A stretch of 64,000 nt of DNA from Ignavibacteria bacterium UBA2360 (GCA_002344125.1 DDTQ01000006.1:275581-339580), one strand, 5' to 3'. Counted from the first letter of the stretch, positions 9,044 to 18,327 are shown. Made by a program: numbers and translations. Notes: generated by a model not told the origin, from the letters alone.

Positions 9044-9883
9044 TTGAAAATATTAACGTTATCTCTGGCTGTACTTATCTTTACCAGCTTAACAGGCTGT
9101 ACTAAGGATAGGAACGAGTTTTCACGGTTACAGGATAGCGATAATAACAAAACATCGCAGGTAAGTAATGTTAAATCCAATAACATACCGCCTGTAGTTA
9201 TAACTGAAGATTTTACTGTAACAACATCAGATAATAAAGAGATCTCAGGTTCTTTATATTTTTCGGAATCAAAAAAAGATGAATCACAGCCGCTTGTAAT
9301 ACTGGTTCACCAGTTCAATCAATCACGTGCGGAGTGGCAGCAAAGTTTTATTGATTCAATGTTAGTTAACGGATTTAAAGTGCTGGCTTACGATATCAGG
9401 GGACACGGCAAATCATCCAGACAAAACGGCAAGCTTGAAGATATTCTAACGGATCCCGAACAGGCGCCGCTGGATATTAAAGCTGTAACTGTCTGGGCAA
9501 AGAAGCGGCAGGGGATAGATTCATCAAGAATTGCTGTTATCGGAACATCGATAGGCGGAAATCTTGCACTATATGCCGCGCTGAATTGCGGCGTGAAAGT
9601 ACCCGTCGCCGTTTCCAACGGCAAGTATAGCTTTGAAGCGTTCACCGGTTACAATGAAATGATGATGGGCAGACCGTACTTCCCGAAAATGAAAAATGCG
9701 CTGCTGATCTGCGGCAGCAAAGATGGCGATCACGAAGCCGGACAGAAATGGATATATGATAATTTCTGCGGTGACCCGAAAGAAATGAAAGTTTATGATT
9801 CTGCCAAACACGGAAAGTTTCTGCTGGAAGAAAAACCCGAAGCGAAGGATTTGATCTTAAACTGGCTCAAAAAGTATTTGTGA
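9044..9883 (+). CDS. Alpha/beta hydrolase, probable lipoprotein
   Basis: Lipobox-like LTGC; YDIRGHGKS; nucleophile elbow GTSIG; late His (KHG). Confidence 0.85.
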   Translation: MKILTLSLAVLIFTSLTGCTKDRNEFSRLQDSDNNKTSQVSNVKSNNIPPVVITEDFTVTTSDNKEISGSLYFSESKKDESQPLVILVHQFNQSRAEWQQSFIDSMLVNGFKVLAYDIRGHGKSSRQNGKLEDILTDPEQAPLDIKAVTVWAKKRQGIDSSRIAVIGTSIGGNLALYAALNCGVKVPVAVSNGKYSFEAFTGYNEMMMGRPYFPKMKNALLICGSKDGDHEAGQKWIYDNFCGDPKEMKVYDSAKHGKFLLEEKPEAKDLILNWLKKYL

Positions 9884-9952
9884 TCTATGTAGTAAGTTGA
9901 AAAAACCTATAACAGATAGTAAAAAAGATATTAAAACCAAAGGGATATAAAG

Positions 9953-11386
9953 TTGATAAATTTTTTAGATTTTGCTAATTCCATACCGCTGTTGATAATT
10001 GCCGGGGGCGGATTAATGGTGATGATTCTTGAAACGATCTTCCCGCGCTCCTTCAAAGATAAGACCGAAACGATAATTTTTTATTTCTCACTCGCGGCTT
10101 TAGCCGCCGCAACTGCGTTTTCATTTGGCGATCTTGCAAAGAATTTTATAATCTACAATAAATTCATCAGGGTCAATACGCTTACTTCTGTTCTTAATAT
10201 TGCGTTAATAGCGGGTACATTCATAACCGTGCTTTCATCAAAAAAATACCTTGAATCCGAAAAGATAAATCACGGTGAATATTACTCACTGTTATTTTTC
10301 TCGCTTCTCGGCATGATGCTTATGTGCCAGGCGAATGATCTGATCGTTGTTTTTGTCGGACTCGAGCTGATGTCTATTTGCTTCTATGTGCTAGCGGGCT
10401 TTATGAGAAGAAGAATTGAATCAAATGAAAGCGCCATAAAGTATTTCCTTCTGGGCGCTTTTCTGACAGGTTTCCTGCTTATGGGTATTGCTTTCATTTA
10501 CGGTTACACAGGCTCAACCAATTTTACAGCTATTGCAGCCGCTCATCCACAGAAAGATACATTTTACCTTATAGGATTGACGCTGGTTTTCATTGCGTTC
10601 ATTTTCAAAACGGGCGCTTTCCCGCTGCAGATGTGGATACCCGATGTTTACCAGGGCGCGCCTACAATTGTCACAGGGATGATGTCAAGTGTTGGCAAAA
10701 CCGCGGCCTTCGGCGCTATGATCTCTTTCTTTTCTATTTTCGGGCTCAATGATATTCCAATGGTAGTGGCATTGGTCGCCATACTCACCATGCTTTACGG
10801 CAACGTGGTTGCACTTGTACAAACCAATATCAAAAGGCTGCTTGCGTATTCAAGTATTGCGCACGCCGGCTATGTAATGGTTGGATTTTTATCCATCAAC
10901 GCGTTTTCAATTCACGCAATTTTATTCTATTTGGTTTCATATATACTCATGCAGTCAGGTGCTTTTATAATTATTTCAATGGTTGAATCAAAAACCCCTG
11001 ATAACGGCTCGAGGAATTCACTTGAAAGCTATAAAGGACTTGGCAAAACCAATCCGATGCTTTCACTTATGATGACAATTTTTCTCTTCTCACTTGCTGG
11101 CATTCCGCCTTTTGCCGGCTTCTGGGGTAAGTATTATATATTCCTTTCAGCCATACAGATAAATTATATTTGGGTCGCAATTGTAGGGATTTTATTGAGC
11201 CTTGTGGGTGTTTACTATTACATCAAGATAATATTATATATGTGGTTCTATGAACCGGCCGGTGAAACAGTTACACAGCAAAGATCAGATTTTTCATACA
11301 CAGCAGCGGTTATATCCGTTATTGGTCTCTTTGCATTCGGCGTATATCCTGAGCTCGTGCTGCGATATATCAGAAATATATTCTGA
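9953..11386 (+). CDS. nuoN: NADH-quinone oxidoreductase subunit N
   Basis: FVGLELMSICFYVL, ESAIKYFLLG, FKxGAFPxQMWIPDVYQGAP, KRLLAYSSIAHAGY and SLAGIPPFAGFWGK motifs. Confidence 0.93.
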   Translation: MINFLDFANSIPLLIIAGGGLMVMILETIFPRSFKDKTETIIFYFSLAALAAATAFSFGDLAKNFIIYNKFIRVNTLTSVLNIALIAGTFITVLSSKKYLESEKINHGEYYSLLFFSLLGMMLMCQANDLIVVFVGLELMSICFYVLAGFMRRRIESNESAIKYFLLGAFLTGFLLMGIAFIYGYTGSTNFTAIAAAHPQKDTFYLIGLTLVFIAFIFKTGAFPLQMWIPDVYQGAPTIVTGMMSSVGKTAAFGAMISFFSIFGLNDIPMVVALVAILTMLYGNVVALVQTNIKRLLAYSSIAHAGYVMVGFLSINAFSIHAILFYLVSYILMQSGAFIIISMVESKTPDNGSRNSLESYKGLGKTNPMLSLMMTIFLFSLAGIPPFAGFWGKYYIFLSAIQINYIWVAIVGILLSLVGVYYYIKIILYMWFYEPAGETVTQQRSDFSYTAAVISVIGLFAFGVYPELVLRYIRNIF

Positions 11387-11450
11387 TAACTGAATACACG
11401 CGCTGTATAATATTTCTCTTTGAATAAGCGGTAAAGCAAGGTAAGAGAAA

Positions 11451-12554
11451 ATGAAATTAGTATATTCCAAATGGAACGAAAGCTCCCTTACTGATGAACA
11501 AAGGCTCGAAAAGCTGATAAATTTGTTCAGCTATATTCTATTACAGACTTCAGGTGATGTTAACGAAGCACTCGACTGGCTTAGCCAGCTTGATGAGCGT
11601 TATAATTTCTTTGATGAAAATATGTCGCTCAGCGATTTTATCGATAAGCTCAAAGAAAAAGGACTCATTGATGATACTGACGGTATGTTCACCTTAACCC
11701 CAAAGGGTGAAATGAAGATCCGGCAGGATTCATTTAAAGAGATATTCGGCAACATGAAAAAATCGCCGGAGGGATTTCATGAGTCACCAATGAGCGGCAA
11801 GGGGATTGAGCGCAACAATACCACAAAGAAATACCAGTTTGGCGATCAGCCGCAGAATATTGATACCACACAAACCCTCAGCAATGCGTTTAAACGCGAA
11901 GGAATAGACAGCTTCAGCCTGAATGAGGATGATATTGAAATTTATGAAACCGAAATGCAGACCTCCGCTGCCACAGTACTGCTGGTTGATATAAGTCACA
12001 GTATGATATTATATGGCGAAGATAGAATTACACCCGCCAAACAGGTTGCCCTTGGGCTATCGGAGCTGATACTTTCAAAATACCGCAAGGATTCACTTAA
12101 CATTGTACTATTTGGTGATGAAGCCCGCGAAGTTTCGGTGAGTGAACTGCCGTTTGTGAGCGTGGGTCCATACCACACAAACACAAAAGCGGGACTTGAG
12201 CTTGCCCGCAGTATTTTGCGCAGAAAAAAGAACGCGAACAAACAGATTATTATGATAACCGATGGCAAACCATCCGCTATATATGAACCGGGCACGAATT
12301 CACGGCGTATTTATAAAAACTCATGGGGACTGGATCCGAAGATAATCAACAAAACCCTTGATGAAGCCGTTGCTTGCCGGCGCGAGAAAATAAAAATTAC
12401 TACGTTTATGATCGCGCAGGATGAGTATTTAATTCAATTCATACAGCAATTCACAGCCGCCAACGGCGGCAAGGCATATTATTCATCGCTAAACGAGCTT
12501 GGCGAACAGGTATTTGTTGATTACCTGAAAAATAAAAAGAGATTTGAAGATTGA
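11451..12554 (+). CDS. VWA-domain-containing protein (MoxR/chelatase-associated type)
   Basis: MIDAS-like DISHSM, TNTKAGL and ITDGKP motifs. Confidence 0.85.
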   Translation: MKLVYSKWNESSLTDEQRLEKLINLFSYILLQTSGDVNEALDWLSQLDERYNFFDENMSLSDFIDKLKEKGLIDDTDGMFTLTPKGEMKIRQDSFKEIFGNMKKSPEGFHESPMSGKGIERNNTTKKYQFGDQPQNIDTTQTLSNAFKREGIDSFSLNEDDIEIYETEMQTSAATVLLVDISHSMILYGEDRITPAKQVALGLSELILSKYRKDSLNIVLFGDEAREVSVSELPFVSVGPYHTNTKAGLELARSILRRKKNANKQIIMITDGKPSAIYEPGTNSRRIYKNSWGLDPKIINKTLDEAVACRREKIKITTFMIAQDEYLIQFIQQFTAANGGKAYYSSLNELGEQVFVDYLKNKKRFED

Positions 12555-13453
12555 AAATATCACTGCTGAAATATATTGTAATATTTACTTTCATTTTCAC
12601 TCTGCCTGATCTGTTCGCGCAGAAGGATAGCGTAATTGTTAATGATTCGTTGGTGTTTAAGGGAACGATCGGTAAATTCAAAAATGCTGTTTCAATTTCC
12701 ACTACAAGAGAAGAATTTATATTTGTATCAGATCTTGAAGACAACAAAATCTACAAGTTATCAACCATGGGAGTTGAACTTGCCTCATTCGGTGGCTCAG
12801 GGTTAGGACAAAACGAGCTCAATCAGCCGTATAGTATTGATGCATCCAATGGACTTGATGTACTTGTGGCTGATTACCAGAACAACCGTATCAAACGGCT
12901 CGATATAAACCTGAATTACATTTTATCGTTTGATTTCAATTCATACAATCTTACTGCGGAATCATCAAATAAAATATACAACCCAAACGGGGTAATGACA
13001 CTCAGCACGGGCGAAGTGTATGTGCTGTGTGACGCGACAAATTATAAGGCAGCCCGCATTAACGATTATAATGAAATTGGTATTTTCTTCGGCTCAAACA
13101 GTATCGGCGCAGAACGCCTTGATGAACCTGTAAAGCTTGTTAAAGGCAATCAACTGGATATGTGGATACTTGATAAAAAAACAGGGGAGCTGTTAAATTT
13201 TAATAATTTTGGTGTTTTTGTAAAAAAAATAAGTAAGCGCGGAAAAAATCCCATAAAAAGTATTGCATATTTTAATGATAATTTATTTATATTGCATCCC
13301 AATGAGTTGATTATATATGACTTAAAAAAGGGACAGTACTCAAAGTACTACAGCTTCCCTGAAATAAATGGTTTAACCGATATCGCAGTACTTGATAAGA
13401 ACACCGTTTTGTTCTTAACAAAAGATTCGGTTCATAAATATTCAATTCAGTAA
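12551..13453 (+). CDS. NHL-repeat beta-propeller secreted protein
   Basis: Signal peptide; FGGSGLGQNELNQPYSID...VLVADYQNNRIKR NHL-type repeat; TTGA overlap with the upstream stop. Confidence 0.75.
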   Translation: MKISLLKYIVIFTFIFTLPDLFAQKDSVIVNDSLVFKGTIGKFKNAVSISTTREEFIFVSDLEDNKIYKLSTMGVELASFGGSGLGQNELNQPYSIDASNGLDVLVADYQNNRIKRLDINLNYILSFDFNSYNLTAESSNKIYNPNGVMTLSTGEVYVLCDATNYKAARINDYNEIGIFFGSNSIGAERLDEPVKLVKGNQLDMWILDKKTGELLNFNNFGVFVKKISKRGKNPIKSIAYFNDNLFILHPNELIIYDLKKGQYSKYYSFPEINGLTDIAVLDKNTVLFLTKDSVHKYSIQ

Positions 13454-13555
13454 CTAAACTAAAAACAAATTAATTAATGGCTGGTATTACTTATCCCGAT
13501 AGGGATATTAAAACGGGTGATATCAAAGGCTGTTTTCTTAAGAAAGGAAAACATC

Positions 13556-13984
13556 ATGGCAAAAGATTTAAATAAAGTAATGCTTATCGGCAGGCTGGGA
13601 CAGGATCCCGAGCTTAAATACACACAAAGCGGTGTAGCCGTAGTTTCATTTTCAATGGCAACAGGCAGCAAGTGGAAAGACCAGGAAGGTAACTGGCAGG
13701 AAAGAACCGAATGGCATAACTGCAAAGCCTGGAGAAATTTGGCTGAAATAGTAAGCAACTATCTTAAAAAAGGCAGCAAGATTTATGTTGAAGGCAGGCT
13801 TGAAACTTCTAACTGGGAAGATGAGAACAAGAAAAAGCATTACAAGACTGAAATAGTTGTTGACGAAATGATAATGCTTGATTCAAAAGGCGATAACTCC
13901 GGAGGCGGAAGTGGTGGTAATTACAGCTCAACCAAACCCGCAGGTAAACCTGCAACAACAACAGATGACGATTTGCCGTTCTAG
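13556..13984 (+). CDS. ssb: Single-stranded DNA-binding protein
   Basis: LNKVMLIGRLGQDPEL, TEWH, KGSKIYVEGRL and acidic tail DDDLPF; start re-called to ATG 13556 after AAAGGAAA. Confidence 0.97.
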   Translation: MAKDLNKVMLIGRLGQDPELKYTQSGVAVVSFSMATGSKWKDQEGNWQERTEWHNCKAWRNLAEIVSNYLKKGSKIYVEGRLETSNWEDENKKKHYKTEIVVDEMIMLDSKGDNSGGGSGGNYSSTKPAGKPATTTDDDLPF

Positions 13985-14008
13985 TTTAAAATGAAATAGA
14001 AATAGATC

Positions 14009-14041
14009 AAAGGCTGGCTTAGTGATAAGGCAGCCTTTTTT
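14009..14041 (+). terminator. Terminator after ssb
   Basis: AAAGGCTG...CAGCCTTT stem plus T-tract. Confidence 0.75.
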
Positions 14042-14058
14042 GTTGGAGTGATACAGGC

Positions 14059-14320
14059 ACTCATCGGCTGACTTAGAGTCATCCGATGAGTTTTAAGTTC
14101 TCCCCGTTGTTGGTCTTGTGACCAACAACTATATGTTTCCGCAGAGTCTCTCGTTTTTTGAGGACTCTGCGGATTAACTAAATAAGCCAACACTCATCGG
14201 ATGACTCCAAGTCATCCGATGAGTATTTCACCATCGAGAGCCGTAGTACATTCCCAAACTGGAGTTTGGGAATGAGAAGGAAGAATTTACATTAAGCGCT
14301 TCGACTCCGCTCAGCGCGAC
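14059..14320. repeat. Cluster of six hairpins (five families) between convergent ssb and pyrB
   Basis: 14059-14091 and 14192-14224 (ACTCATCGG.TGAC-N5-GTCATCCGATGAGT), 14106-14129, 14138-14173, 14249-14274 (CATTCCCAAACT-GG-AGTTTGGGAATG) and 14296-14320. Confidence 0.85.
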
Positions 14321-14331
14321 TGTTTATACTA

Positions 14332-14359
14332 TAAAAGCCTCTATTCATAGAGGCTTTTA
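14332..14359. terminator. Bidirectional terminator after pyrB
   Basis: Perfect 13-bp arms TAAAAGCCTCTAT-TC-ATAGAGGCTTTTA. Confidence 0.8.
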
Positions 14360-14381
14360 TGTTTATTTATAATATACTTAG

Positions 14382-15449
14382 CTATTTATAGTTCAGGATA
14401 TATCCATCTTCTTTGAAGATGTGCGCTATGAGCGCTGTACGCATCCAAAGTCCGTTGACTTCCTGCTTCCAGTACCATGCGCGCTGGTCTTTATCAATTT
14501 CCGGGGGAATCTCATTCCGGCGGGGGAGCGGATGCAGTATCACTGCATCGGACTTCATTTGACGCAATAACGCTGATTTCAGGTAAAATGTGGTGTAATC
14601 TATGGTTTTCGATTCATGCTGCTTATCATATTCATCCTGTATCCTGGTATAATAAAATACATCAGCTTTTTTTATGTATTTTTCAAGGTTATCTGATTCT
14701 TCAAAACTAATCTTTTCCTTAAGCAGATATGCCCTTATATCATCGGGTATTTTAAGTTCCTCAGGTGATAAAAATACGAACTTAATGCCATCAAAATTAC
14801 TGAGCATGTAAACCAGCGACCGCACGGCTCTGCCGCGCTTGAGATCACCGATAATTGCAATTGTTTTATTCTTTACCTTACCTTTAAAGGCTCTGCATAA
14901 CGTGTAAACATCAAGCAATGCCTGTGTTGGGTGCTCATGTGGACCCGATCCGGCATTGATTATCGGTATCGGTTTATCGGAATTGTTAAACATCAGCGCG
15001 GCTTTTTCGGCTAGATTCTCCTCAACGTGGCGCATAATTATCATATCTGTGTATGAGTGCATCGTTTCAAGGGTATCTTCAATGGATTCACCCTTAACTT
15101 CGCTGGAATAACCCGCTGAGCGCATATCGCTTGTTTTAATGCCGAGTATTTGACACGCATTATTGAATGATAAGTAAGTTCGGGTTGATGGCTGCGCAAA
15201 ATACAGCACTGCGCGCTTATGTGAAAGTATGGACTGTAAGAAATCCAGCCCGTCTTTCGTCTTTGCTATCTTTCTGATGCGGTCAGCAAGCTCAAACAGT
15301 CCATACAGCTCACTGCGGCTGAACTGCTGCGCGGAAAGAACGTGATATATTCTGCCTGAGGCGAGAAGCTTAAGCCGTTTTTTTTCGCTCAGCTTTTCAG
15401 CTTCTCCCCAGGTACTTATTTTACTTTTTTGTGAAATTTTCTTAACCGT
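14382..15449 (-). CDS. pyrB: Aspartate carbamoyltransferase catalytic subunit (start inferred at ACG 15449; the ORF track starts at GTG 15209)
   Basis: PSTRT, HPTQALLD, GDLKRGRAVRSL, YYTRIQ and HPLPR (ATCase-type) motifs. The frame stays open upstream through an HVLSAQQFSRSEL segment homologous to the PyrB N-terminus. Confidence 0.88.
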   Translation of the reverse strand, partial: TVKKISQKSKISTWGEAEKLSEKKRLKLLASGRIYHVLSAQQFSRSELYGLFELADRIRKIAKTKDGLDFLQSILSHKRAVLYFAQPSTRTYLSFNNACQILGIKTSDMRSAGYSSEVKGESIEDTLETMHSYTDMIIMRHVEENLAEKAALMFNNSDKPIPIINAGSGPHEHPTQALLDVYTLCRAFKGKVKNKTIAIIGDLKRGRAVRSLVYMLSNFDGIKFVFLSPEELKIPDDIRAYLLKEKISFEESDNLEKYIKKADVFYYTRIQDEYDKQHESKTIDYTTFYLKSALLRQMKSDAVILHPLPRRNEIPPEIDKDQRAWYWKQEVNGLWMRTALIAHIFKEDGYILNYK

Positions 15450-15459
15450 AGTTTATATT

Positions 15460-16794
15460 TTATTTATATTTTTTAATAAATTCAGTTAAAATCTGTGTTA
15501 AGTCAGGTCTGCCAACTTCCTGCAGATCGTAATCGATCCTTACAGCAGGTTTATTGATCTTTATAACACGTCTCAGGTCAATTGGAGTGCCAATAATGAC
15601 GGCGTCACACGGTACTTTGTTGATTGTCGTTTCAAGATCCTTCATCTGCTTATCGCCGTATCCCATTGCCGGAAGCAAAATGCCGATTCCCGGGTATTTA
15701 TCATAGGTATCTTTGATGCTCTTTACAGCGTAGGGTCTCGGGTCAATGACCCCGGCAGCTTCAAATTTCTGCGCTGCAATTGTACCTGCGCCGTATTTCA
15801 TTTCGCCATGCGTTAAAGTGGGACCGTCTTCAACAACAAGAACTCTCTTAACGCGAATTAACTTAATATCATTTGGATTTTCAAGTGAAATAGGGGAGGC
15901 TGCTTCAACTATTTTTGCAGTTGGATTAAGCTTTAACACATTATCTCTAACTGTATTAATTTGCTCCAAATTAGCGGAATCTATTTTATTGATTACTATC
16001 ACATCAGCTAAATGAATATTCGTCCTGCCGGGATAGTAACTCATTTCGTGTCCGGCCCTGTGGGGGTCAACGACTGTTATGGTTAAATCAGATTTATAAA
16101 ATGACATATCATTATTTCCGCCATCCCATATTATAACATCAGCCTCTTTTTCAGCTTCGCGAAGTATAGCTTCGTAATCTACTCCGGCGTAAATAACGTT
16201 TCCGCGTGAAATATGCGGCTCATATTCTTCCATTTCTTCGATGGTACAATCGTGTTTTTTCAGATCGCTTATAGCTGCAAAACGCTGAACTTTCTGTTTG
16301 GCTAAGTCACCATACGGCATTGGATGCCTTACGGAAACCGTATTCAAACCGAGTCTTTGTAATACATCAACAACTTTGCGGGAGGTCTGGCTTTTGCCTG
16401 CACCCGTACGGCTTGCAACCACTGCAATAACCGGCTTTGTGGATTTCACCATTGTATTTGCGGCTCCCAGTGTAATGAAATCTGCTCCGGCGGCGTTAAC
16501 CATTGCTCCTTTTGCCATTACATACGGAAAGGGGACATCTGAATAGGAAAATATTACCTGGTTAACTTTGAATTTTTTTATAAGTTCCGGTAAGTCTGAT
16601 TCAGGGTGAATTGGTATGCCTTTGGGATAAAGCTTTCCGGCAAGACTTGCCGGGTATTTACGGTCATCTATGTTTGGAATTTGTGTTGCTGTGAAAGCCA
16701 CAACATTATATAACGGGTTGTTGCGGTAAACAACATTGAAGTTGTGGAAATCTCTTCCGGCAGCGCCCATGATGATAACATTAATTTTAGTCAT
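15460..16794 (-). CDS. COG2403 P-loop protein (annotated as cyclic 2,3-diphosphoglycerate synthetase-like; arginine synthetase ArcE-like)
   Basis: IMGAAGRDFHNFN, AFTATQIP, P-loop RTGAGKS, RHPMPYG, WDGGNND and VEDGPTLTHG motifs. Confidence 0.8.
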   Translation of the reverse strand: MTKINVIIMGAAGRDFHNFNVVYRNNPLYNVVAFTATQIPNIDDRKYPASLAGKLYPKGIPIHPESDLPELIKKFKVNQVIFSYSDVPFPYVMAKGAMVNAAGADFITLGAANTMVKSTKPVIAVVASRTGAGKSQTSRKVVDVLQRLGLNTVSVRHPMPYGDLAKQKVQRFAAISDLKKHDCTIEEMEEYEPHISRGNVIYAGVDYEAILREAEKEADVIIWDGGNNDMSFYKSDLTITVVDPHRAGHEMSYYPGRTNIHLADVIVINKIDSANLEQINTVRDNVLKLNPTAKIVEAASPISLENPNDIKLIRVKRVLVVEDGPTLTHGEMKYGAGTIAAQKFEAAGVIDPRPYAVKSIKDTYDKYPGIGILLPAMGYGDKQMKDLETTINKVPCDAVIIGTPIDLRRVIKINKPAVRIDYDLQEVGRPDLTQILTEFIKKYK

Positions 16795-16823
16795 ATCTGT
16801 AGATGTTTAGTGATTAACATATA

Positions 16824-16831
16824 CAAATATA
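16824..16831 (-). promoter_or_regulatory. Putative -7 element TATATTTG for the COG2403-pyrB operon
   Basis: TAnnTTTG on the minus strand, about 30 nt upstream of ATG 16794. Confidence 0.5.
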
Positions 16832-16910
16832 GCACTTAATGTCACGGGCAACTATGATTTAAGTCATTAAATAAATAGGGTTTAAGTGATTTAAACAAGG
16901 AATTATATGA

Positions 16911-16938
16911 AAATGTCAAATGTCAAAATCCAAATGTC
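16911..16938. repeat. 7-nt tandem repeat (AAATGTC)x4, degenerate
   Basis: aaatgtc aaatgtc aaaatcc aaatgtc. Confidence 0.75.
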
Positions 16939-16974
16939 AAAAATATAAAAGTAATATATGTGTTTCTTATAAGA

Positions 16975-17445
16975 TTATTTCAGCACAGGCGCATAATTTC
17001 CCAGCTTCAGCTCGTCGATCTGTTTAACTTTAAAATCCAGCGACTCATTTTTCAGCTTTTTTTGTAAAATATTATTATTTACGTGTATTTGGAGTCTGCA
17101 CTGATCAAAATACTCCTTTAAGCCTTCAACTTTCAGTCTGATTGTCTCTGATGCGTTTATTGCGTCTGCATCAGCGGGAAATCTGAAGCTGTTGGCATAA
17201 TCAATATGAGCATTCACGTCGGTAACAAATACGTTGAGTGTATCCATATCCTTCAATATCAATTCTTCTGTAGCGTCGTTTTGATAGCTTTGCATAAGCC
17301 TGAACTGAGCCTGCTCACGGTAAAACATGGAATCAAGCTTGGCCAGTGCGAACTGCCAATCGGCTTTCCAGTCACTTTGAGAAAATATATTTGAAGAAAT
17401 TACAGCAGATAAAAATATAGACAGATATATAAAATATTTCAGCAT
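16975..17445 (-). CDS. Hypothetical secreted helical protein
   Basis: 156-aa ORF with a signal-peptide-like N-terminus; no recognised motif. Confidence 0.7.
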   Translation of the reverse strand: MLKYFIYLSIFLSAVISSNIFSQSDWKADWQFALAKLDSMFYREQAQFRLMQSYQNDATEELILKDMDTLNVFVTDVNAHIDYANSFRFPADADAINASETIRLKVEGLKEYFDQCRLQIHVNNNILQKKLKNESLDFKVKQIDELKLGNYAPVLK

Positions 17446-17800
17446 TGTTGGATTTGATTAATTAACATATCAAAAGTAATTAACTAAAACAATAAAAGCA
17501 ATCATCCAAAACCCCAAATTTGCGGTATAACTAAATATAGAAAAACAGCTCATTTTCACATATTGTTAAAGAAATGAGAAATAATATATATTATGTAAAG
17601 TTGAATGTTGTATTAAATGTTGATAATTATTCAGATTTCTAACAGTTTTAAATTTCACTTCCCCTATTGTACTGTGTATCCGGGTTATGTTTGGTTAAAG
17701 TGATTTGTGTGGATCAAGAAAAATTGATATTTCCGTCGATTATTCTATAGCAAAGCATGCCGAATGTTACTCATGGCAGATTCTGTGTTGCGCACCATTG

Positions 17801-17890
17801 CATACCATTTGGTATCATACCAAATGGTATGATACAACACAGTATGCGGCAAATAACTATTATACCGATAGGTATAATACCTGTGGGTAT
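17801..17890. repeat. Six tandem 15-nt units, consensus nATACC-N4-GGTAT
   Basis: cataccatttggtat / cataccaaatggtat / gatacaacacagtat / gcggcaaataactat / tataccgataggtat / aatacctgtgggtat. Confidence 0.85.
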
Positions 17891-17993
17891 GATCTTGGTT
17901 GAAAATGGAATAAATTAGAATAGGCGGGCATATCAAAGCTCTAGTGTAACTGAAAATAAATCATATTTATTTCCATTATTTCTGCTAAATAAA

Positions 17994-18024
17994 TTGATAA
18001 AATGGTGAAATTCTGTTATTTTTG
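17994..18024 (+). promoter_or_regulatory. Putative promoter TTG-N20-TATTTTTG for nuoKL
   Basis: TTG at 17994-17996 and TAnnTTTG at 18017-18024; the ATG lies only 3 nt downstream. Confidence 0.6.
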
Positions 18025-18027
18025 TAA

Positions 18028-18327
18028 ATGGAACTAAATTTCTACTTAATACTGGCGCTCCTTTTATTTACAATCGGGGTAATTGGAGTTTTAACACGCA
18101 GAAATGCTATAGTTGTGTTTATGTGTATTGAATTGATGCTCAATTCAGTTAACCTTGTGTTTGTTTCGTTCTCATCTTTTCTGGGAAACCTGAACGGGCA
18201 GATATTTGTATTCTTTATTATGACCGTAGCCGCAGCCGAGGCTGCAGTTGGACTCGCTATTATCATAGCCCTTTACCGCAATAAATCAACAATTAACCTG
18301 GATGAAATTAATATTTTAAAATGGTAG
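18028..18327 (+). CDS. nuoK: NADH-quinone oxidoreductase subunit K
   Basis: [19 protein letters not shown] and [15 protein letters not shown] motifs. Confidence 0.96.
   Translation: MELNFYLILALLLFTIGVIGVLTRRNAIVVFMCIELMLNSVNLVFVSFSSFLGNLNGQIFVFFIMTVAAAEAAVGLAIIIALYRNKSTINLDEINILKW

Noticed and set aside
17550-17720. Replication origin
   Set aside because: Only three one-mismatch DnaA-box-like 9-mers in AT-rich DNA; no perfect box and no dnaA/dnaN/gidA/parAB context.
17801-17890. CRISPR array or CsoR/CstR operator
   Set aside because: The units have no spacers. CsoR-type sites have similar ATACC/GGTAT arms but, as I recall, a longer G/C-rich centre than the 4 nt seen here.
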